A DNA stretch of 64,000 nucleotides from an uncultured Candidatus Saccharibacteria bacterium (GTDB taxonomy: Bacteria > Patescibacteriota > Saccharimonadia > Saccharimonadales > UBA10212), in NCBI GenBank assembly GCA_964448095.1, contig CAYUUT010000002.1, forward strand, positions 27,959 to 91,958, read 5' to 3'. Shown here in pieces: positions 62,517-64,000 of this stretch. The notes under the pieces are model-generated. The model made no database searches. It was given only the letters and a program-made list of their open reading frames with translations, and had not been told where the DNA came from. Positions within the stretch are counted from its first letter, which is position 1. The number at the start of each line of letters is the position of its first letter. The position numbers and the translations under genes are program-made.

Positions 62517-63307
62517 TATTCAGTCTCCTTTTTAGCTATTGCAAGAAATGTTTCCTCATCGGCGCCGATAATGCCTGTCGCGCCGTTTTCCAGGTCCGGG
62601 TTATTCACCATGCCAAAGATGAATTCGGCGATTTCCCGGGCTCTTGGGGCATTGCCAAGCTCTTCCTGTTCATTTACGAATTCAGGCGCGCCACGTTGGC
62701 CCAACCTGCCAACTATAGTATCAGGGGCATAGCCAGAGACAGCTACCAGTAAACGGACATCCCTGTCAGTAAAATCCGGAATCATGTCTCGCAGCGCCGT
62801 TTCACCGGCATGTTTGCTGCCAGCGACCACATCATAGTCCTTACCCTCAATTTCTAACGGCGGCATCTTGAGGCCGCGATCGTACCAGTGGGCCCAGTGG
62901 CTGGTCACAAACAGAATTCTAGCCGCCGGGGCCATGCCCCGCGAGAACTTCTCAGCCAAAGCGACCTGGGAGTCGCGGTTAATTATTGAGCCATAATTGC
63001 GGCTTTTACCTCTTTCAAGACCGCCGCCAGCATTTAGTATTAGCGCGCTAAGGTCATCGCCAGCCCAATCCAGCACTTGGTTTATAAGCCTGTGCCGAGA
63101 GTCCGGAAACGTTATATCACCCCAGGCTATCAGCGGATCAACTCCGTTATCAGCCAGTCTTTCCAGGGTTTTGTGCATGTCGCGGGATTCACGCGTAGCG
63201 CCAATCGCTACGTCCCAGCCATTCTCCGCAAAGACCACAGCGGTTTCCGCTCCGATTCCTCTTGAACCACCTGTAATAAACGCTTTTTGAGACTCTCCGC
63301 TGGCCAT
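62516..63307 (-). CDS. atypical SDR family protein
   Basis: AFITGGSRGIGAE and NAGGG. The Tyr/Lys spacing is non-canonical. Confidence 0.6.
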   Translation of the reverse strand: MASGESQKAFITGGSRGIGAETAVVFAENGWDVAIGATRESRDMHKTLERLADNGVDPLIAWGDITFPDSRHRLINQVLDWAGDDLSALILNAGGGLERGKSRNYGSIINRDSQVALAEKFSRGMAPAARILFVTSHWAHWYDRGLKMPPLEIEGKDYDVVAGSKHAGETALRDMIPDFTDRDVRLLVAVSGYAPDTIVGRLGQRGAPEFVNEQEELGNAPRAREIAEFIFGMVNNPDLENGATGIIGADEETFLAIAKKETE

Positions 63308-63383
63308 AATTTCTCCTTATTTCAATGAGTATAAGCAGATTCGCCTCCAGTGCAAGCACAAGCAAAATGCTTTTTATTTTACG

Positions 63384-63989
63384 CTAAGCGGCCTGGGCGG
63401 CGGCAAGCTCTTCCAGATATTCGTCGGGCCAGATGGTTGTTCGCTCGTGGGTTCGTTGCGAGACCTCGGGTGTTGGCTGCCGTAAACGGCGAGCCCTTTC
63501 CCAAGGGAAATCAATCCAGTCTTCCCTCTCCGCTACGTGTACATCCGGACGGTTAGGTTCGGTTTCTGTAATCATGTTATGCCCCGGCTTGAAATATAGG
63601 GTTGCCACACAGACCGAGGCCGCTTCCATAATCTTTAAGTAACGGGCGATAAAGTTTAGCGTATGGCCGGACTCCCAGACTTCGTCGAGTACCAAAAAGT
63701 GTTCGCCTTCAATCTCTTCGTGGCTGGGCATGGTTCTGGCGATGACTAATTGACCGGGGCTTTCTTGTTGCTGTCCGCTATATGATTGTACGGAAAATGA
63801 TTGTAACTGGTCGTTGCCTACACCGAACCACTCCGTGAGGTCGCTAGCTAACAGCCAGCTGCCGCGCGCCGGAACCGCGACTTTGCCAATTTTTAAACCG
63901 CTTTCACGGTATCTGGCCTCTATCTTATCAGCCAGCTGGACGTTCTTTTCGTGTACCCCGGCATAGGTTTCATAAAAGACTTCGCCCAC
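63384..63989 (-). CDS. phosphoribosyltransferase (purine PRT-like)
   Basis: PRPP-binding loop FLVLDEVWESGHTL. GTG start 11 nt from the window edge. Confidence 0.6.
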   Translation of the reverse strand: MGEVFYETYAGVHEKNVQLADKIEARYRESGLKIGKVAVPARGSWLLASDLTEWFGVGNDQLQSFSVQSYSGQQQESPGQLVIARTMPSHEEIEGEHFLVLDEVWESGHTLNFIARYLKIMEAASVCVATLYFKPGHNMITETEPNRPDVHVAEREDWIDFPWERARRLRQPTPEVSQRTHERTTIWPDEYLEELAAAQAA

Positions 63990-64000
63990 TTTAGCGCCAG

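Noticed and set aside
1-64000. Alternative genetic code (UGA recoding as in some CPR lineages).
   Set aside because: Conserved proteins end at UGA where expected (smpB, mraY, DUF2188). No well-conserved gene needs read-through of UGA. The standard bacterial code fits.
1-64000. CRISPR arrays, IS elements, integrases, prophage structural genes and rRNA operons.
   Set aside because: I looked for regularly spaced direct repeats, transposase or integrase motifs (DDE, R-H-R-Y) and rRNA signatures and found none. The only repeats are the three structured elements and the small 14-nt tandem.

Overview
This 64-kb window comes from a compact, tightly packed bacterial genome. It uses the standard code, since UGA works as a stop (for example in smpB and mraY). 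The gene content includes sortase, a PEGA-domain protein, DUF3048, a shortened MetK, and many short or overlapping intergenic junctions. From that I infer a CPR / Saccharibacteria-like organism; this is inference only. I call about 75 CDS, 2 tRNAs (Leu-CAA, Glu-CUC), one SAM-I riboswitch, several intrinsic terminators and a few promoters. I found no rRNA, CRISPR array, transposase or integrase.

Layout:
- 1-5.3 kb: a more AT-rich accessory, defence-type island. It holds a truncated Eco57I/TaqI-like N6-adenine methyltransferase, a tightly coupled 4-gene minus-strand operon (DUF2188, a TM + TIR-like protein, a SMODS/CD-NTase-like nucleotidyltransferase, a stand-alone E2/UBC-like protein), a divergent LexA-like S24 repressor and a DUF559 nuclease.
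- 5.4-39.7 kb: mostly plus-strand housekeeping genes (DEAD-box helicase, metK, envelope glycosylation genes, smpB, xth, gltX, a two-component pair, der, pth, dprA, topA, and a sigma-r4/HARE-HTH protein followed by a VirD4/HerA-like ATPase).
- 39.7-40.4 kb: a 630-bp non-coding AT-rich gap where plus-strand and minus-strand gene blocks converge. It contains a 28-bp dif-like Xer site, so it is probably the replication terminus.
- 40.4-64 kb: all minus-strand genes (pyrE/pyrF, an ABC exporter, a reduced dcw cluster mraZ-rsmH-ftsL-ftsI-mraY-ftsW-murG-ftsQ, a GH1 glycosidase, pyrD/C/B, a TasA-like secreted protein, and a nadD/NYN/Nudix/SDR/FabZ-like block).

Most interesting observations:
1. The NTase + E2 + TM-TIR-like + DUF2188 operon is a minimal CBASS-like module with no recognisable sensor-effector.
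2. Three copies of a conserved 115-130-nt structured hairpin element show covarying stems.
3. A 460-bp gene-free region contains an unassigned, strongly structured RNA candidate.
4. The dif-like site has nearly palindromic arms.

All functional calls rest on motif reading by eye. No database search was run.
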